In this document: positions 9,015 to 19,855 of the stretch, piece after piece
Numbering within the stretch: the stretch's first letter is position 1
Layout of the letters: each line of letters starts with the position of its first letter
Assembly (NCBI GenBank): GCA_963753435.1
Contig: CAVWCF010000001.1
Coordinates: 1,504,001 to 1,568,000, forward strand
Length of the DNA stretch: 64,000 nucleotides
Direction of reading: 5' to 3'
DNA from: an uncultured Actinomycetota bacterium
GTDB taxonomy: Bacteria; Actinomycetota; Actinomycetes; CAVWCF01
Position numbers and translations under genes: made by a program
The notes under the pieces: generated by a model
Database searches by the model: none
The model's input: only the letters and a program-made list of their open reading frames with translations
What the model was told of the DNA's origin: nothing

Positions 9015-10445
9015 ATGCGGCCCGTGGAACCAATCGCCAACGTCCTGGCCGCCCGCTACGCAAGTGCCGAGATGGCGGCGCTTTGGGCGCCGGCGAACAA
9101 GGTGGTGCTGGAGCGCCAACTCTGGGTCGCGGTGCTGCGAGCCCAGGCCGAGTTGGGGGTGCAGGTCCCGGACGGTGCGATCGAGGCCTACGAGAAGGCG
9201 ATCGATCAGGTGGACCTGGATGCGATCGCGGCGCGGGAGCGGGTCACCCGTCACGACGTGAAGGCGCGGATCGAAGAGTTCAACTCCATCGCCGGGTTCG
9301 AACAGATCCACAAGGGCATGACCAGCCGCGACCTGACCGAGAACGTCGAACAACTGCAGATCCGGTCGGCGTTGGTGCTGGTTCGGCACCGCGTGGTTGC
9401 GGTGTTGGCGCGGTTGGGGTCGCTGGCGGAGCAGCACCGCGACACCGTGATGGCCGGGCGCTCGCACAACGTGGCCGCGCAGGCCACGACGCTGGGCAAG
9501 CGATTCGCGTCGGCGGCGGAGGAGTTGATGCTGGCGCTGGACCGTCTGGACGACCTGATCGAGCGTTACCCGCTGCGCGGCGTCAAGGGCCCGGTCGGGA
9601 CGTCGCAGGACATGCTCGACCTGCTCGGCGGGGACACCGATCGGCTGGCGGATCTGGAGGCCGGCGTTGCCGAGCACCTGGGGTTCGAGGAGGTGCTCGA
9701 CAGCGTCGGGCAGGTCTACCCGCGGTCGCTGGATCTCGACGTCGTCGCCGCCTTGGTGCAGATGGCGGCGGGTCCGTCCTCGCTGGCGACGTCGATCCGG
9801 CTGATGGCCGGGCACGAGTTGGTCACCGAGGGTTTCGCCGAGGGACAGGTCGGTTCGTCGGCCATGCCGCACAAGATGAACACCCGCTCGTGCGAACGGG
9901 TCAACGGCTTGGCGGTGGTGCTGCGCGGCTACCTGTCCATGGTGTCGGAGTTGGCCGGGGCGCAATGGAACGAAGGCGATGTCTTCTGTTCGGTGGTGCG
10001 CCGGGTGGCGCTACCGGACGCCTTCTTCGCCATCGACGGGTTGTTCGAGACGTTCCTTACGGTGCTGGACGAGTTCGGCGCATTCGGTGCGGTGATCGAA
10101 CGCGAACTGGCGCGGTACCTGCCGTTCCTGGCGTCGACGAAGGTCCTGATGGCCGCGGTCAAGGCCGGCGCCGGCCGGGAGGAGGCGCACGCGGCCATCA
10201 AGGAGCACGCCGTGGCGGTCGCCCTGGATCTGCGGGCCGGGGCGGAACGCAACGACCTGGTCGAGCGGCTGGCCGCAGACGAACGGCTACCCCTGGACCA
10301 GGCCGAGTTGGACGCGTTGCTGGCCGACCCCAAGCAGTTCACCGGAGCCGCCGGGGACCAGGTCGACCGAGTGGTCAGCCTCATCGCGGCCGTGGTCGCG
10401 GAGGACCCGGAGGCGGCCGCCTACACCCCGTCCCCGATCCTCTGA
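9015..10445 (+). CDS. purB: Adenylosuccinate lyase
   Basis: NVLAARYAS, RHDVKA, GSSAMPHKMN; start could alternatively be GTG 9024. Confidence 0.96.
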   Translation: MRPVEPIANVLAARYASAEMAALWAPANKVVLERQLWVAVLRAQAELGVQVPDGAIEAYEKAIDQVDLDAIAARERVTRHDVKARIEEFNSIAGFEQIHKGMTSRDLTENVEQLQIRSALVLVRHRVVAVLARLGSLAEQHRDTVMAGRSHNVAAQATTLGKRFASAAEELMLALDRLDDLIERYPLRGVKGPVGTSQDMLDLLGGDTDRLADLEAGVAEHLGFEEVLDSVGQVYPRSLDLDVVAALVQMAAGPSSLATSIRLMAGHELVTEGFAEGQVGSSAMPHKMNTRSCERVNGLAVVLRGYLSMVSELAGAQWNEGDVFCSVVRRVALPDAFFAIDGLFETFLTVLDEFGAFGAVIERELARYLPFLASTKVLMAAVKAGAGREEAHAAIKEHAVAVALDLRAGAERNDLVERLAADERLPLDQAELDALLADPKQFTGAAGDQVDRVVSLIAAVVAEDPEAAAYTPSPIL

Positions 10446-10520
10446 CCCCGCATCAGAGCACCCCTGATCGCATCTAGTTGGAGTTTGGCTACACAGTCCT
10501 ACCGGCCGAGGAGTCACAGG

Positions 10521-11366
10521 ATGCAGTTGAGGTACCAGGGCAAGGTCCGCGACATCTACGACCTGCCCGACGGCAACCTGCTCTTCGTCGCCTCCGATCG
10601 CATCAGCGCCTATGACTACGTCCTGGCCACGCCTATCCCCGACAAGGGCAAGGTCCTCACCCAGTTGAGCCTCTGGTGGTTCGAACGGCTCGCCGACCTG
10701 ATCCCCAACCACGTGATCTCCACCGACGTGCCGGCGGAATTCGCTGGCCGCGCGATGGTGTGCGAGCGCCTGGACATGCTGCCGGTCGAGTGCGTCGCCC
10801 GCGGCTATCTGACCGGTTCCGGTCTGACCGAGTACCAGGCCGACGGTTCGGTCTGCGGGCTACCGCTGCCGCCTGGTCTCACGGACGGTTCGCGGCTGGA
10901 TCGGGCGATCTTCACGCCGGCCACCAAGGCCGCCATCGGTGACCACGACGAGAACGTCGACTTCGGTCACGTCCAACGAACCGTGGGGGCTGACCTCGCC
11001 GCAGAACTACGGCGCCTGACGTTGCAGATCTACGAACGCGGCGAGGAGATCGCGCGCGAGCGAGGCCTGATCCTGGCCGACACCAAGTTCGAGTTCGGCC
11101 GTCGCGACGACGGCACCATCGTGCTCGCCGACGAGGTGCTCACCCCGGACTCGTCGCGCTACTGGCCCGCCGACGCCTGGCAGCCCGGCCGCTCCCAGCC
11201 CAGTTTCGACAAGCAGTACGTGCGCGACTGGCTCACCCATGAGTCCGGTTGGGACCGGCACTCCGGGCAGGAGCCGCCGCCCCTGCCCGACGATGTCGTT
11301 GAGCGGACCCGGGCCAAGTACATCGAAGCCTTCGAGCGCCTCACGGGACGCAGCTTCCAAGCCTGA
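10521..11366 (+). CDS. purC: SAICAR synthetase
   Basis: [36 protein letters not shown]. Confidence 0.97.
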   Translation: MQLRYQGKVRDIYDLPDGNLLFVASDRISAYDYVLATPIPDKGKVLTQLSLWWFERLADLIPNHVISTDVPAEFAGRAMVCERLDMLPVECVARGYLTGSGLTEYQADGSVCGLPLPPGLTDGSRLDRAIFTPATKAAIGDHDENVDFGHVQRTVGADLAAELRRLTLQIYERGEEIARERGLILADTKFEFGRRDDGTIVLADEVLTPDSSRYWPADAWQPGRSQPSFDKQYVRDWLTHESGWDRHSGQEPPPLPDDVVERTRAKYIEAFERLTGRSFQA

Positions 11367-11438
11367 TCCGGCCGCCGGGGCCGCGACCGGCCGCGGGTAG
11401 GGTCGGCCTATCAGCCCACCTCACTCCCGGGAGCGCCC

Positions 11439-11693
11439 GTGGCCCGCGTCGTAGTTGACGTCATGCCCAAGCCGGAGATCCTCGACCCGCAAGGTCAGGC
11501 CGTGCATCGTGCGCTGGGACGGTTGGGTTTCGCCGGCGCCGCCCAGGTGCGGCAGGGCAAGCGTTTCGAGCTCGACATCGACGACTCCGCCTACGCCGAT
11601 CGCGACGAACTCCTGGCCGCGGCGCAGGCCATGGCGGACAAGCTCCTCGCCAACACGGTCATCGAGGACTACGTCGTCCGGGTGGAGGAGTGA
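11439..11693 (+). CDS. purS: FGAM synthase subunit PurS
   Basis: [27 protein letters not shown]. Confidence 0.96.
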   Translation: MARVVVDVMPKPEILDPQGQAVHRALGRLGFAGAAQVRQGKRFELDIDDSAYADRDELLAAAQAMADKLLANTVIEDYVVRVEE

Positions 11694-12367
11694 CCGCACG
11701 GATCGGGGTCGTCACCTTCCCCGGCACGCTTGATGACCGCGACGCCGCGCGAGCCGTTCGGCTGGCCGGTGCTGAGCCGGTCGCCTTGTGGCACGGCGAC
11801 GACAGCCTGGCGCCGGTCGACGCGGTGGTCCTGCCCGGTGGTTTCTCCTACGGGGACTACCTGCGTTGCGGCGCGATCGCGCGGTTCGCGCCGATCATGC
11901 AGCCGGTAATCGATGCCGCCCGCGGCGGTTTGCCGGTGCTGGGCATCTGCAACGGGTTCCAGATCTTGTGCGAAGCGGGTCTGCTGCCCGGCGCGCTCAC
12001 CCGGAACGACTCGCTGCACTTCGTGTGTCGCGATCAGCGACTCCTGGTCGAGAACGCCGACACCGTTTGGACGTCCGGGTTCCTCGCCGGCGATGAGATC
12101 ACCATCCCGCTGAAGAACGGCGAGGGTTGCTACGTCGCCGATGACGCAACGTTGGATGCGCTGGAGTCCGAGGGTCGCGTCGTCTTTCGCTACCTGGATG
12201 TCAATCCCAACGGTTCGCGTCGGGACATCGCCGGCATCACCGACCCGACCGGTCGAATCGTTGGACTGATGCCGCACCCCGAGCACGCCGTCGAGGAGCT
12301 CACCGGTCCGGGGATCGACGGGTTGGGCCTGTTCGCATCGGCCATCTCGGCGCTGATGCCGGTATGA
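11690..12367 (+). CDS. purQ: FGAM synthase glutaminase subunit PurQ
   Basis: [24 protein letters not shown]. Confidence 0.97.
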   Translation: MTARIGVVTFPGTLDDRDAARAVRLAGAEPVALWHGDDSLAPVDAVVLPGGFSYGDYLRCGAIARFAPIMQPVIDAARGGLPVLGICNGFQILCEAGLLPGALTRNDSLHFVCRDQRLLVENADTVWTSGFLAGDEITIPLKNGEGCYVADDATLDALESEGRVVFRYLDVNPNGSRRDIAGITDPTGRIVGLMPHPEHAVEELTGPGIDGLGLFASAISALMPV

Positions 12368-14631
12368 GCCTCGACACGGTCAAGGCCGCCGGCTCGTCGG
12401 CGGACGTCGAGCAGCCGTGGGCAGACCTCGGGCTCAAGGCCGACGAGTACGAACGAATCCGCGAGATCTTGGGACGTCGGCCGACGTCGTCGGAGTTGGC
12501 GATGTACTCGGTCATGTGGAGCGAGCACTGCTCCTACAAGTCCTCCAAGGTGCACCTGCGCCAGTTCGGGGAGAAGCGTCCGGCCTCGACCGATGACGTC
12601 TTGTTGGTCGGCATCGGCGAGAACGCCGGCGTGGTCGACATCGGTGACGGCTGGGCGGTCACGTTCAAGGTCGAGTCGCACAATCACCCGTCGTTCGTGG
12701 AGCCGCACCAAGGCGCTGCCACGGGCATCGGCGGCATCGTGCGCGACATCCTCTCCATGGGAGCGCGCCCAGTGGCCGTCATGGACCCGCTCCGCTTCGG
12801 GCCGGCCGATGCAGCCGATACCGCGCGCGTGCTGCCCGGCGTGGTCGCCGGAATCGGCGGATACGGCAACTGCCTGGGCCTGCCCAACATCGGCGGCGAG
12901 ATCGTGTTCGACGACACCTACGCTGGCAACCCGTTGGTCAACGCGCTGTGCGTCGGGGTGTTGCGGCACGGAGACCTCAAACGGGCGCATGCGTCCGGCG
13001 TCGGAAACCTGGTTGTGCTTTACGGCGCCAAGACCGGTGGCGACGGCATCGGCGGGGTCAGCGTGCTGGCCAGTGAGACGTTCGACGCGGACGGTCCGGC
13101 AAAGCGACCCAGTGTCCAGGTCGGCGACCCGTTCATGGAGAAGTCGCTGATCGAGTGCTCGCTGGAGATCTTTGCCCGCGACCTGGTCGTCGGCATCCAG
13201 GACCTCGGGGGTGCGGGACTGTCCTGTGCGACCAGCGAACTGGCCAGCGCCGGGTCCGGCGGCATGCACGTGTGGCTGGACCGCGTACCGCTGCGCGACG
13301 CGACGTTGTCGCCCGAAGAGATCCTGATGAGCGAGAGCCAGGAACGAATGTGCGCGGTAGTGACGCCGGAGCACATCGACGAGTTCCTGGCCGTTTGCGC
13401 GAAGTGGGATGTGGACGCCACGGTCATCGGCGAGGTCACCGACACCGATCGGCTGATCGTGGACTGGCACGGCGAGACGATCGTCGACGTTCCGCCGCGG
13501 ACGGTGGCGCACGAGGGACCGGTTTACGAGCGGCCCTTCGAGCGGCCCCGGGAGCAGGACGCCTTACAGGCGGACGCGGCGGAGTCGCTGCCACGGCCGG
13601 GCGGCGGCGACGAACTCCGCGCGGTGTTCCTGCGATTGGTGTCATCGCCGAACCTGGCCGACAAGTCGTGGGTGACTTCGCAGTACGACCGGTACGTGCA
13701 GGGCAACACGGTGCTGGCCATGCCGGACGACGGTGGGGTGATCCGCGTCGATGAGGAAACGGGTCGTGGGGTTGCGGTGTCCACTGACGCAAACGGCCGG
13801 TTCTGCCAACTCGACCCGTACGCCGGGGCGCAGTTGGCGGTGGCGGAGGCGTTCCGCAACGTCGCGGCCACTGGTGCGCGCCCGTTGGCGGTAACGGACT
13901 GTTTGAACTTCGGTTCCCCGGAGGACCCCGGCGTCATGTGGCAGTTCGCCGAAGCAGTCCGGGGGATCGCCGACGCGTGTGTGGAACTGGATGTGCCGGT
14001 GACCGGCGGCAACGTGTCCTTCTACAACCAGACCGGTGACGTAGCGGTGCTGCCGACGCCCGTCGTCGGCGTGCTCGGCGTCATCGACGACGTCGCCAAC
14101 CGCGTACCCAGCGGGTTCGTCGAGGTGGGCGACGTGATCATCGCGCTCGGGGTCACGGCGGATGAGTTGTCGGGCTCGGAGTGGGCGCACGTGATTCACG
14201 GCCACCTGGGCGGACAGCCGCCGCGGGTCGACCTAGCCGCTGAGCGGGCGCTGGCAAAGGTGCTGGTATCCGCGGCCTCGGCCCGGCTGGTGAGCAGTTC
14301 GCATGACCTCTCCGAAGGCGGCTTGGCTCAGGCGCTGGCGGAGTCGTGTCTACGCAACGGCTACGGCGCCCAGGTCGACCTGGACGGTGACCCGTTCGTC
14401 GAACTGTTCAGCGAGTCGGCCGCACGGGCACTGGTTTCGGTGCCACCGCCGCTGCTGGACGACTTCGCGTCGCTATGCACCGCAAATGGGGTCGCGGCCA
14501 CCTCGCTGGGCTTCGTCGGCGAACGCGGATCGGATCTGGACGTCGCTGGTCAGTTCTCGGTCGGGCTGGCCGAGTTGGCCGAGGCGCACCAGGGCACCCT
14601 CCCGGCCCTGTTCGCCGCCCCACTGCCTTAA
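12364..14631 (+). CDS. purL: FGAM synthase subunit PurL
   Basis: [30 protein letters not shown]. Confidence 0.97.
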   Translation: MSLDTVKAAGSSADVEQPWADLGLKADEYERIREILGRRPTSSELAMYSVMWSEHCSYKSSKVHLRQFGEKRPASTDDVLLVGIGENAGVVDIGDGWAVTFKVESHNHPSFVEPHQGAATGIGGIVRDILSMGARPVAVMDPLRFGPADAADTARVLPGVVAGIGGYGNCLGLPNIGGEIVFDDTYAGNPLVNALCVGVLRHGDLKRAHASGVGNLVVLYGAKTGGDGIGGVSVLASETFDADGPAKRPSVQVGDPFMEKSLIECSLEIFARDLVVGIQDLGGAGLSCATSELASAGSGGMHVWLDRVPLRDATLSPEEILMSESQERMCAVVTPEHIDEFLAVCAKWDVDATVIGEVTDTDRLIVDWHGETIVDVPPRTVAHEGPVYERPFERPREQDALQADAAESLPRPGGGDELRAVFLRLVSSPNLADKSWVTSQYDRYVQGNTVLAMPDDGGVIRVDEETGRGVAVSTDANGRFCQLDPYAGAQLAVAEAFRNVAATGARPLAVTDCLNFGSPEDPGVMWQFAEAVRGIADACVELDVPVTGGNVSFYNQTGDVAVLPTPVVGVLGVIDDVANRVPSGFVEVGDVIIALGVTADELSGSEWAHVIHGHLGGQPPRVDLAAERALAKVLVSAASARLVSSSHDLSEGGLAQALAESCLRNGYGAQVDLDGDPFVELFSESAARALVSVPPPLLDDFASLCTANGVAATSLGFVGERGSDLDVAGQFSVGLAELAEAHQGTLPALFAAPLP

Positions 14632-14711
14632 CCCGCACAGAGCCGCTCTCATAGGGCTAGGCCGGAACGCCGCCGCACAGTGACAGCCGGCCGGGGACGC
14701 AACGGGCGATC

Positions 14712-15636
14712 TCAAGCGTTTGGAGGATCCGTTCGATCAACGTGTTCGGATCCTGCCGGAACCGTGTGGAGTGACGTGCAGGGTGCGGATCCCGTACGAG
14801 GTCAGCAGCGCGTCGCGATCCAGTGTCCGGTCGAAGTCGTCCCCGACGGTGTGGTGCTCCCGGGAGTCGATCTCCAGCGCCACTCCCTTCGTCCCAGTAG
14901 CCGTCCGGCCGGCGATGAAGTGCCCGATACGGCGTCGTAGAGGACTCGGGTTCTACCTAGGCGCTCGGGCAGGTCGGGGGACGCAGGAGCGCTGCGCATC
15001 CATCTCCGGGCCGAGTCGGCCCGTCCAGGCTACGTGTGCCGCAATCGCACGCGACCGGCGCCGTCCCGCGACCTGCGCGTCCCGCAGTTCCTCATGAGGT
15101 CGCTCCGGTCGGCTGACCAGGCCGCGACTGCACCCCTCCGGTGACCAGCGCGTCGACGTCGCACGGGACCGCATCCGTCGAGCGGTATCCAGCGATGGCC
15201 CGTGGCAACGGACGCCGCGGGAAATCCGTCCAGCAGTCGCGGCGTGGCAACTCGTCGACGTGCGCTCCACCACGACGAAACCGCGACGTTGCGGTCTTGC
15301 GGTCGTTCGGCACGAGCAGTGGACGCGGCAATCCCTGGGAACGCTGCCGCAGGCCGATGCGGCCGCCAGAGACTTCAGCACCCGTCAACATCGCTTCGGA
15401 TCCGGAGAACAGCAGTGCAGCGCGGGTTCGCGAGCCCGGTGGGAGGGGACCGGCGTGCAACGCGTACACGGCGGGCAGGACCCGCTGCCACGGTCCGCGC
15501 CGCCCGCGCTCGGTCGCAGATGGTGGAGGGCGGTACGCCCAGCGCTCTCGCTTGCGAGAGCGTGACCAGACCGTCCTGCTGTTCGGCCAGGTACTGTAGG
15601 CGGCGGCCAGATGCGGCGCGATTGATGCGAGGCCAT
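14712..15636 (-). pseudogene. Heavily frameshifted AbiEi-like HTH plus DUF559/PD-(D/E)xK-like protein
   Basis: Fragments in shifting frames: LAEQQDGLVTLSQARALG, GPWQRVLPAVY...RAALLFSG, PDGYWDE, GVALEIDSREHH...RDALLTSYGIRTLHVTP; boundaries approximate. Confidence 0.7.
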
Positions 15637-15725
15637 CCGGGGACAGTGCCTGCACTTGGGTTTCGATGCGCCCGCCAGCCTGATGGGCCTGTGGAATTAC
15701 TGAGCGGCGCAGTGCCGCCGTAGCC

Positions 15726-16637
15726 CTATGAGAGCGGTCTCTGTGCGGATTCGGGGGTGGTGTCGCGGGCGTAGGCCTCCCACGACGACAGGATCGGCCC
15801 GACCTCCCAGTCGGTCGGCGCCTCCAGGAAGTCCGGGCAGTCCCGCTCTATCCGATCCAACAGCGGCCGTGGGATGTCGTCCAACCCCCTGCGTGCCGAC
15901 CGGCTGAACAGCCGACCGGTCATCGCACCGTCGGCCACCTGTCCACCGCGGCCGTCGCCCATTCGCATCCACGGCCACCAGGGGGAAACCCGGCTGAACC
16001 CGGCGCGGAAGGCCGCGCTGGGCAGCGAGCGGTCCTCAAGCTCGGCCAGCGACGTGAAGATCGTGAAGTGCTCGCTGGGGTTGATGGTCGAACCGGTCGA
16101 CGAACGGGGAAACCGGACCGGGTCGACCGGGTTGGTGTACAGGTGCGCGTAGTCCCACTCCAGCAGAACCTCGTCACCGAACACCTGCCACGGCAGCACG
16201 AACGGGATGCGACCGGTGTCATCAGCCACGGCGGTGGCGTCATTCATCACCGAACCCTCGGCCTCGTTGTCACCCAGGTGCAGCCGCGGCATGTCCAGCG
16301 TGATGCGACCGCCGATCCCGTCGTTGAGGAATGGGTAGACCTCCACCGTCTCGCCGGTCCACGGGTTGTCCCACGTGTCGATCACCTCGCCGGTCACCGT
16401 GTCGTAGAAGTAGCCGGTCTCCTTGCCGCGCAACAGGGCCGAGCCATCCGGTTCGATGCGCGCCTTGGTGACGCCGGTGCCGAAGTAGCCGAACAGGGGC
16501 CGCAGTCGCTCCCCGGGAACCCACGCGTACATGAGGCCGTGGAACACGCCAAGCGCCGGCTCGTCCAGCGCGCTCCAGGTCTTGGCGAACGCGTAGACGT
16601 TGTCTCGTGGGTCGTTGAAGTCCAATGGCTCGTGCAC
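15726..16637 (-). CDS. DUF1838-like protein
   Basis: YAWVPGERLRPLFG, YFYDTVTGEVIDTWDNPWTGETVEV, RVSPWWPWMRMG. Confidence 0.75.
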   Translation of the reverse strand: MHEPLDFNDPRDNVYAFAKTWSALDEPALGVFHGLMYAWVPGERLRPLFGYFGTGVTKARIEPDGSALLRGKETGYFYDTVTGEVIDTWDNPWTGETVEVYPFLNDGIGGRITLDMPRLHLGDNEAEGSVMNDATAVADDTGRIPFVLPWQVFGDEVLLEWDYAHLYTNPVDPVRFPRSSTGSTINPSEHFTIFTSLAELEDRSLPSAAFRAGFSRVSPWWPWMRMGDGRGGQVADGAMTGRLFSRSARRGLDDIPRPLLDRIERDCPDFLEAPTDWEVGPILSSWEAYARDTTPESAQRPLS

Positions 16638-16662
16638 GCCGGGATCCTGACAGCATGAGGCG

Positions 16663-17055
16663 GTGGCGCGAGCGGTGGACCCCGACGACGGGTTGGCCGC
16701 GCTGCGGTCAGCCCTCGTCGCCTGGCGGTCCGGTCAACAACCCGATCGCGCTGTGTTGCGGACCGCGACTCAGTGGACACTGCAAGAGCTGGCTCGGGCC
16801 GCGCCGGGGCGCAGCGTGGAGGTTCGGATTCCGCCCATGGCAGCAACGCAATGCATCGCCGGGCCCACGCATACCCGTGGGACCCCACCGAACACCGTGC
16901 AGACCGACCCGCGGACGTGGCTGGAGCTGGCCACTGGGACGGTGTCTTGGCCGGACGCTGTCGCCGCTGCCCGGGTTCAGATCAGTGGTGTCCGGGCCGA
17001 CTTGTCCGCCTGGTTGCCGCTGCCGCAGGCGGTTGCTGCAGTCGATGTGATCTAG
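16663..17055 (+). CDS. Bacterial sterol-carrier (SCP-like) family protein
   Basis: APGRSVEVRIPP, GPTHTRGTPPNTVQTDPRTWL, SGVRADL; usual purF neighbour in actinobacteria. Confidence 0.85.
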   Translation: MARAVDPDDGLAALRSALVAWRSGQQPDRAVLRTATQWTLQELARAAPGRSVEVRIPPMAATQCIAGPTHTRGTPPNTVQTDPRTWLELATGTVSWPDAVAAARVQISGVRADLSAWLPLPQAVAAVDVI

Positions 17056-17064
17056 CGTTCGCAC

Positions 17065-18255
17065 GTGCGCCGGATCGTTGCTCTGGGCTCAGCGGCCCTG
17101 CTGTTGGGTGGGTGTTCGTTGTTCGGTTCGGACGAGCCCAAACCGACCCCGTTCCTGCCGCCGGCGGTGACGCCGGTCAAGGCGCTGACCGAATCCGAGG
17201 GGATCGTTCGGGTTTTGGCGCGGGCCGGCGCGCTCAGCACGGACGCCAGGTGGGTGCAGCGCTTCACCCAGGAGACCGACTGCCAGGTCGAAGTCACCGA
17301 GTTCGCCGACTCCGCCGACTTCGACAACCGCACCCAGCCAGCCAGCGACCCGGCCACGGAGCCGGCCGACGACGATGCCCCGGCTGCCCAGACCGGTCGA
17401 GTCCTTGAGGCGGATCTGGTGATGGTGCCCGGCGAGTTCGCCCTCGACCTGGTCGGTGCGGGCACGGTTGCGCCGATCAACCTGGACCTGTTGCCAGCTG
17501 CGGCCGGCATCGTCGACGAACTCCAGACCCCGCGCTGGTCCTCCTGGAACGACATCGACTACGGCCTGGCGGTCGGTCGCGGCTACTACGCGGTGACCGG
17601 TGGCGCCACCAGCCTCGCGGAGGTGTTCGCCGCCGGGGCGAACCCCAACTTGCCGAACACCCCGACCATGCTGGCGGCGGCGGCCCTAGTGCTGGCGCAA
17701 CCAACGGACGCGACGGCGGGAGATTCTGACGCCGAGCAGGCGCCGATCACCGACCCCTTCGCGCTGGATTCCGACCAACTGGCTGACGTCCAGGCCCTGA
17801 CCACGGCCGCCGGACCCGTGCCGCTGCCGGTTGCCGGCGGCGAGAGCACCGGCCCCACCCTGGCGCCGGCAGCAACCCTGCCCGGGGCGCAGCCGCCTTC
17901 AGATGGCGTGCTGGGTTGGTCGGACTCGTGGATGGTGCCGACCGAGCCGGCGCACCCCACCTGCGCCTATCGCCTGCTCGACGCCGTGCTCACGCCGCAG
18001 GTGAACTTGGCCATGGCCGAAGCGCTCGGCGTCGCCCCTTCGGTGGCGGCCGCCTGCCCTGAGGATGCGGACGGCATCTGCGCGACCAGCCGGGCCGACG
18101 ACGAGGACTTCTGGGCGAACGTGGACTTCGTGATCAGCCCGCTGCAGCAGTGTCTGGACGGGCGCGAGGAGATCCGCTGCTCCGATTCCGCCGACTTCGC
18201 GACGGCGTGGACGGCGGCCCTGACCGGGCAAGGCGACGGCCCGGTGGGCACCTAG
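17065..18255 (+). CDS. Extracellular solute-binding lipoprotein (polyamine-type, divergent)
   Basis: Lipobox LGGC; FTQETDCQV; GWSDSWMV...HPTCAYRL; no cognate permease adjacent. Confidence 0.7.
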   Translation: MRRIVALGSAALLLGGCSLFGSDEPKPTPFLPPAVTPVKALTESEGIVRVLARAGALSTDARWVQRFTQETDCQVEVTEFADSADFDNRTQPASDPATEPADDDAPAAQTGRVLEADLVMVPGEFALDLVGAGTVAPINLDLLPAAAGIVDELQTPRWSSWNDIDYGLAVGRGYYAVTGGATSLAEVFAAGANPNLPNTPTMLAAAALVLAQPTDATAGDSDAEQAPITDPFALDSDQLADVQALTTAAGPVPLPVAGGESTGPTLAPAATLPGAQPPSDGVLGWSDSWMVPTEPAHPTCAYRLLDAVLTPQVNLAMAEALGVAPSVAAACPEDADGICATSRADDEDFWANVDFVISPLQQCLDGREEIRCSDSADFATAWTAALTGQGDGPVGT

Positions 18256-18295
18256 ACTCTGCTTGCAGTCATCACCAACCCCTGAGGAGTGCCTC

Positions 18296-19855
18296 GTGCC
18301 GCGAGGGGACGGACGCCTAACCCACGACCTGGATCCGACGGATCGTGGCCCCCAGGACGCCTGCGGCGTGTTCGGGGTTTGGGCTCCGGGGGAGGCTGTA
18401 GCCAAACTCACCTACTTCGGCCTGTATGCACTGCAGCACCGCGGCCAGGAGTCCGCCGGAATCGCAGTGGCCGACGGTTCGCAGATCGTCGTGTACAAGG
18501 ACATGGGCCTGGTCGCGCAGGTGTTCGACGAGAGCCACCTGAACGCCCTCGACGGGCATCTGGCCATCGGGCACTGCCGCTACTCCACGACCGGCGCCAG
18601 CGTCTGGGAGAACGCCCAGCCCACGTTCCGGGCGACCGCAACGGGTTCCCTGGCGTTGGGGCATAACGGCAACCTGACCAACACCCATGTCCTGGCGGAC
18701 CTGGTTGCGACCGGTCAAGCCGAACGCGACGAACTGCCGCTGTCAGCGTTCGTCGAAGGGATTGGCGACGGCACTTCGGACACCGACCTGGTCACAGCAA
18801 TGCTTGCGGCGCACCCGGCCGGCACTGTTGAGGAGTCGGCGATGGCGGTGCTGCCGCTGCTGCGCGGGGCCTTCTCCCTGGTCTTCCTCGACGAGACGAC
18901 TCTCTACGCGGCCCGCGATGCGCACGGGATTCGACCGTTGGTCCTGGGCCGCCTGGAGCGGGGCTGGGTCGTCGCCAGCGAAACAGCAGCGTTGGACATC
19001 GTCGGTGCCTCGTTCGTTCGCGAGATCGAACCGGGTGAGCTGATCGCGGTGGATGAGCACGGCCTGCGCAGCACCCGGTTTGCCGAAGCCGAACCGAAGG
19101 GTTGCCTGTTCGAGTACGTGTACTTGGCTCGCCCGGACACCTCGATCGCCGGCCGCGGGGTCCACGAGACTCGGGTTGAGGTGGGTCGTCGGTTGGCCCG
19201 CGAGGCACCGGTCGAGGCGGACCTGGTGATCCCGGTGCCGGAGTCGGGAACGCCGGCGGCTGTTGGTTTCAGTGCGGAGTCGGGTATCCCCTACGGCCAG
19301 GGGTTGGTGAAGAACGCCTACGTGGGGCGCACGTTCATCCAGCCGAGTCAGACCATCCGGCAACTAGGCATCCGTCTGAAACTGAACCCGTTGCGCGACG
19401 TAATCGCCGGCAAACGGATCGTCGTCGTCGATGACTCCATCGTGCGCGGCAACACTCAGCGGGCGATCGTGCGGATGCTGCGGGAGTCGGGCGCGGCGGA
19501 GGTGCACGTGCGCATCTCCTCACCGCCGGTTCTGTGGCCGTGCTTCTACGGCATCGACTTCGCGACCCGGGCCGAACTCATCGCCAACGGCTTGACCGTC
19601 GATGAGATCAGGCGGTCGATCGGGGCGGACAGCCTCTCCTACATCTCCTTGGACGAGCTGGTTGACGCCACCACGTTGCCCAAGCAGAACCTGTGCCGGG
19701 CGTGTTTCGACGGGGTCTACCCGGTGGAACCAGCCGAGCCCGCCCAACGCGGCAAGCACTTGTTGGAGGGTTTGAGCCAAGAGGTGACTGATCCCGAGGG
19801 GCTGACGGCGCTGACCGTGGGCGGCGGGGCGACCGAGGCGTTGACCCGCCCATGA
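18296..19855 (+). CDS. purF: Amidophosphoribosyltransferase
   Basis: Propeptide then CGVFG; LQHRGQESAG; VVVDDSIVRGNT; Fe-S cysteines. Confidence 0.97.
   Translation: MPRGDGRLTHDLDPTDRGPQDACGVFGVWAPGEAVAKLTYFGLYALQHRGQESAGIAVADGSQIVVYKDMGLVAQVFDESHLNALDGHLAIGHCRYSTTGASVWENAQPTFRATATGSLALGHNGNLTNTHVLADLVATGQAERDELPLSAFVEGIGDGTSDTDLVTAMLAAHPAGTVEESAMAVLPLLRGAFSLVFLDETTLYAARDAHGIRPLVLGRLERGWVVASETAALDIVGASFVREIEPGELIAVDEHGLRSTRFAEAEPKGCLFEYVYLARPDTSIAGRGVHETRVEVGRRLAREAPVEADLVIPVPESGTPAAVGFSAESGIPYGQGLVKNAYVGRTFIQPSQTIRQLGIRLKLNPLRDVIAGKRIVVVDDSIVRGNTQRAIVRMLRESGAAEVHVRISSPPVLWPCFYGIDFATRAELIANGLTVDEIRRSIGADSLSYISLDELVDATTLPKQNLCRACFDGVYPVEPAEPAQRGKHLLEGLSQEVTDPEGLTALTVGGGATEALTRP

Noticed and set aside
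8162-10477. Long alternative-frame ORFs (8162..10477, 4209..6068, 55692..57869, 41521..43149 and similar)
   Set aside because: These are Arg/Gly/Pro-rich shadows typical of high-GC DNA that overlap well-supported genes.
10446-11438. Purine or ZTP riboswitch before purC or purS
   Set aside because: The leaders are about 70 nt and show no recognisable aptamer motifs.
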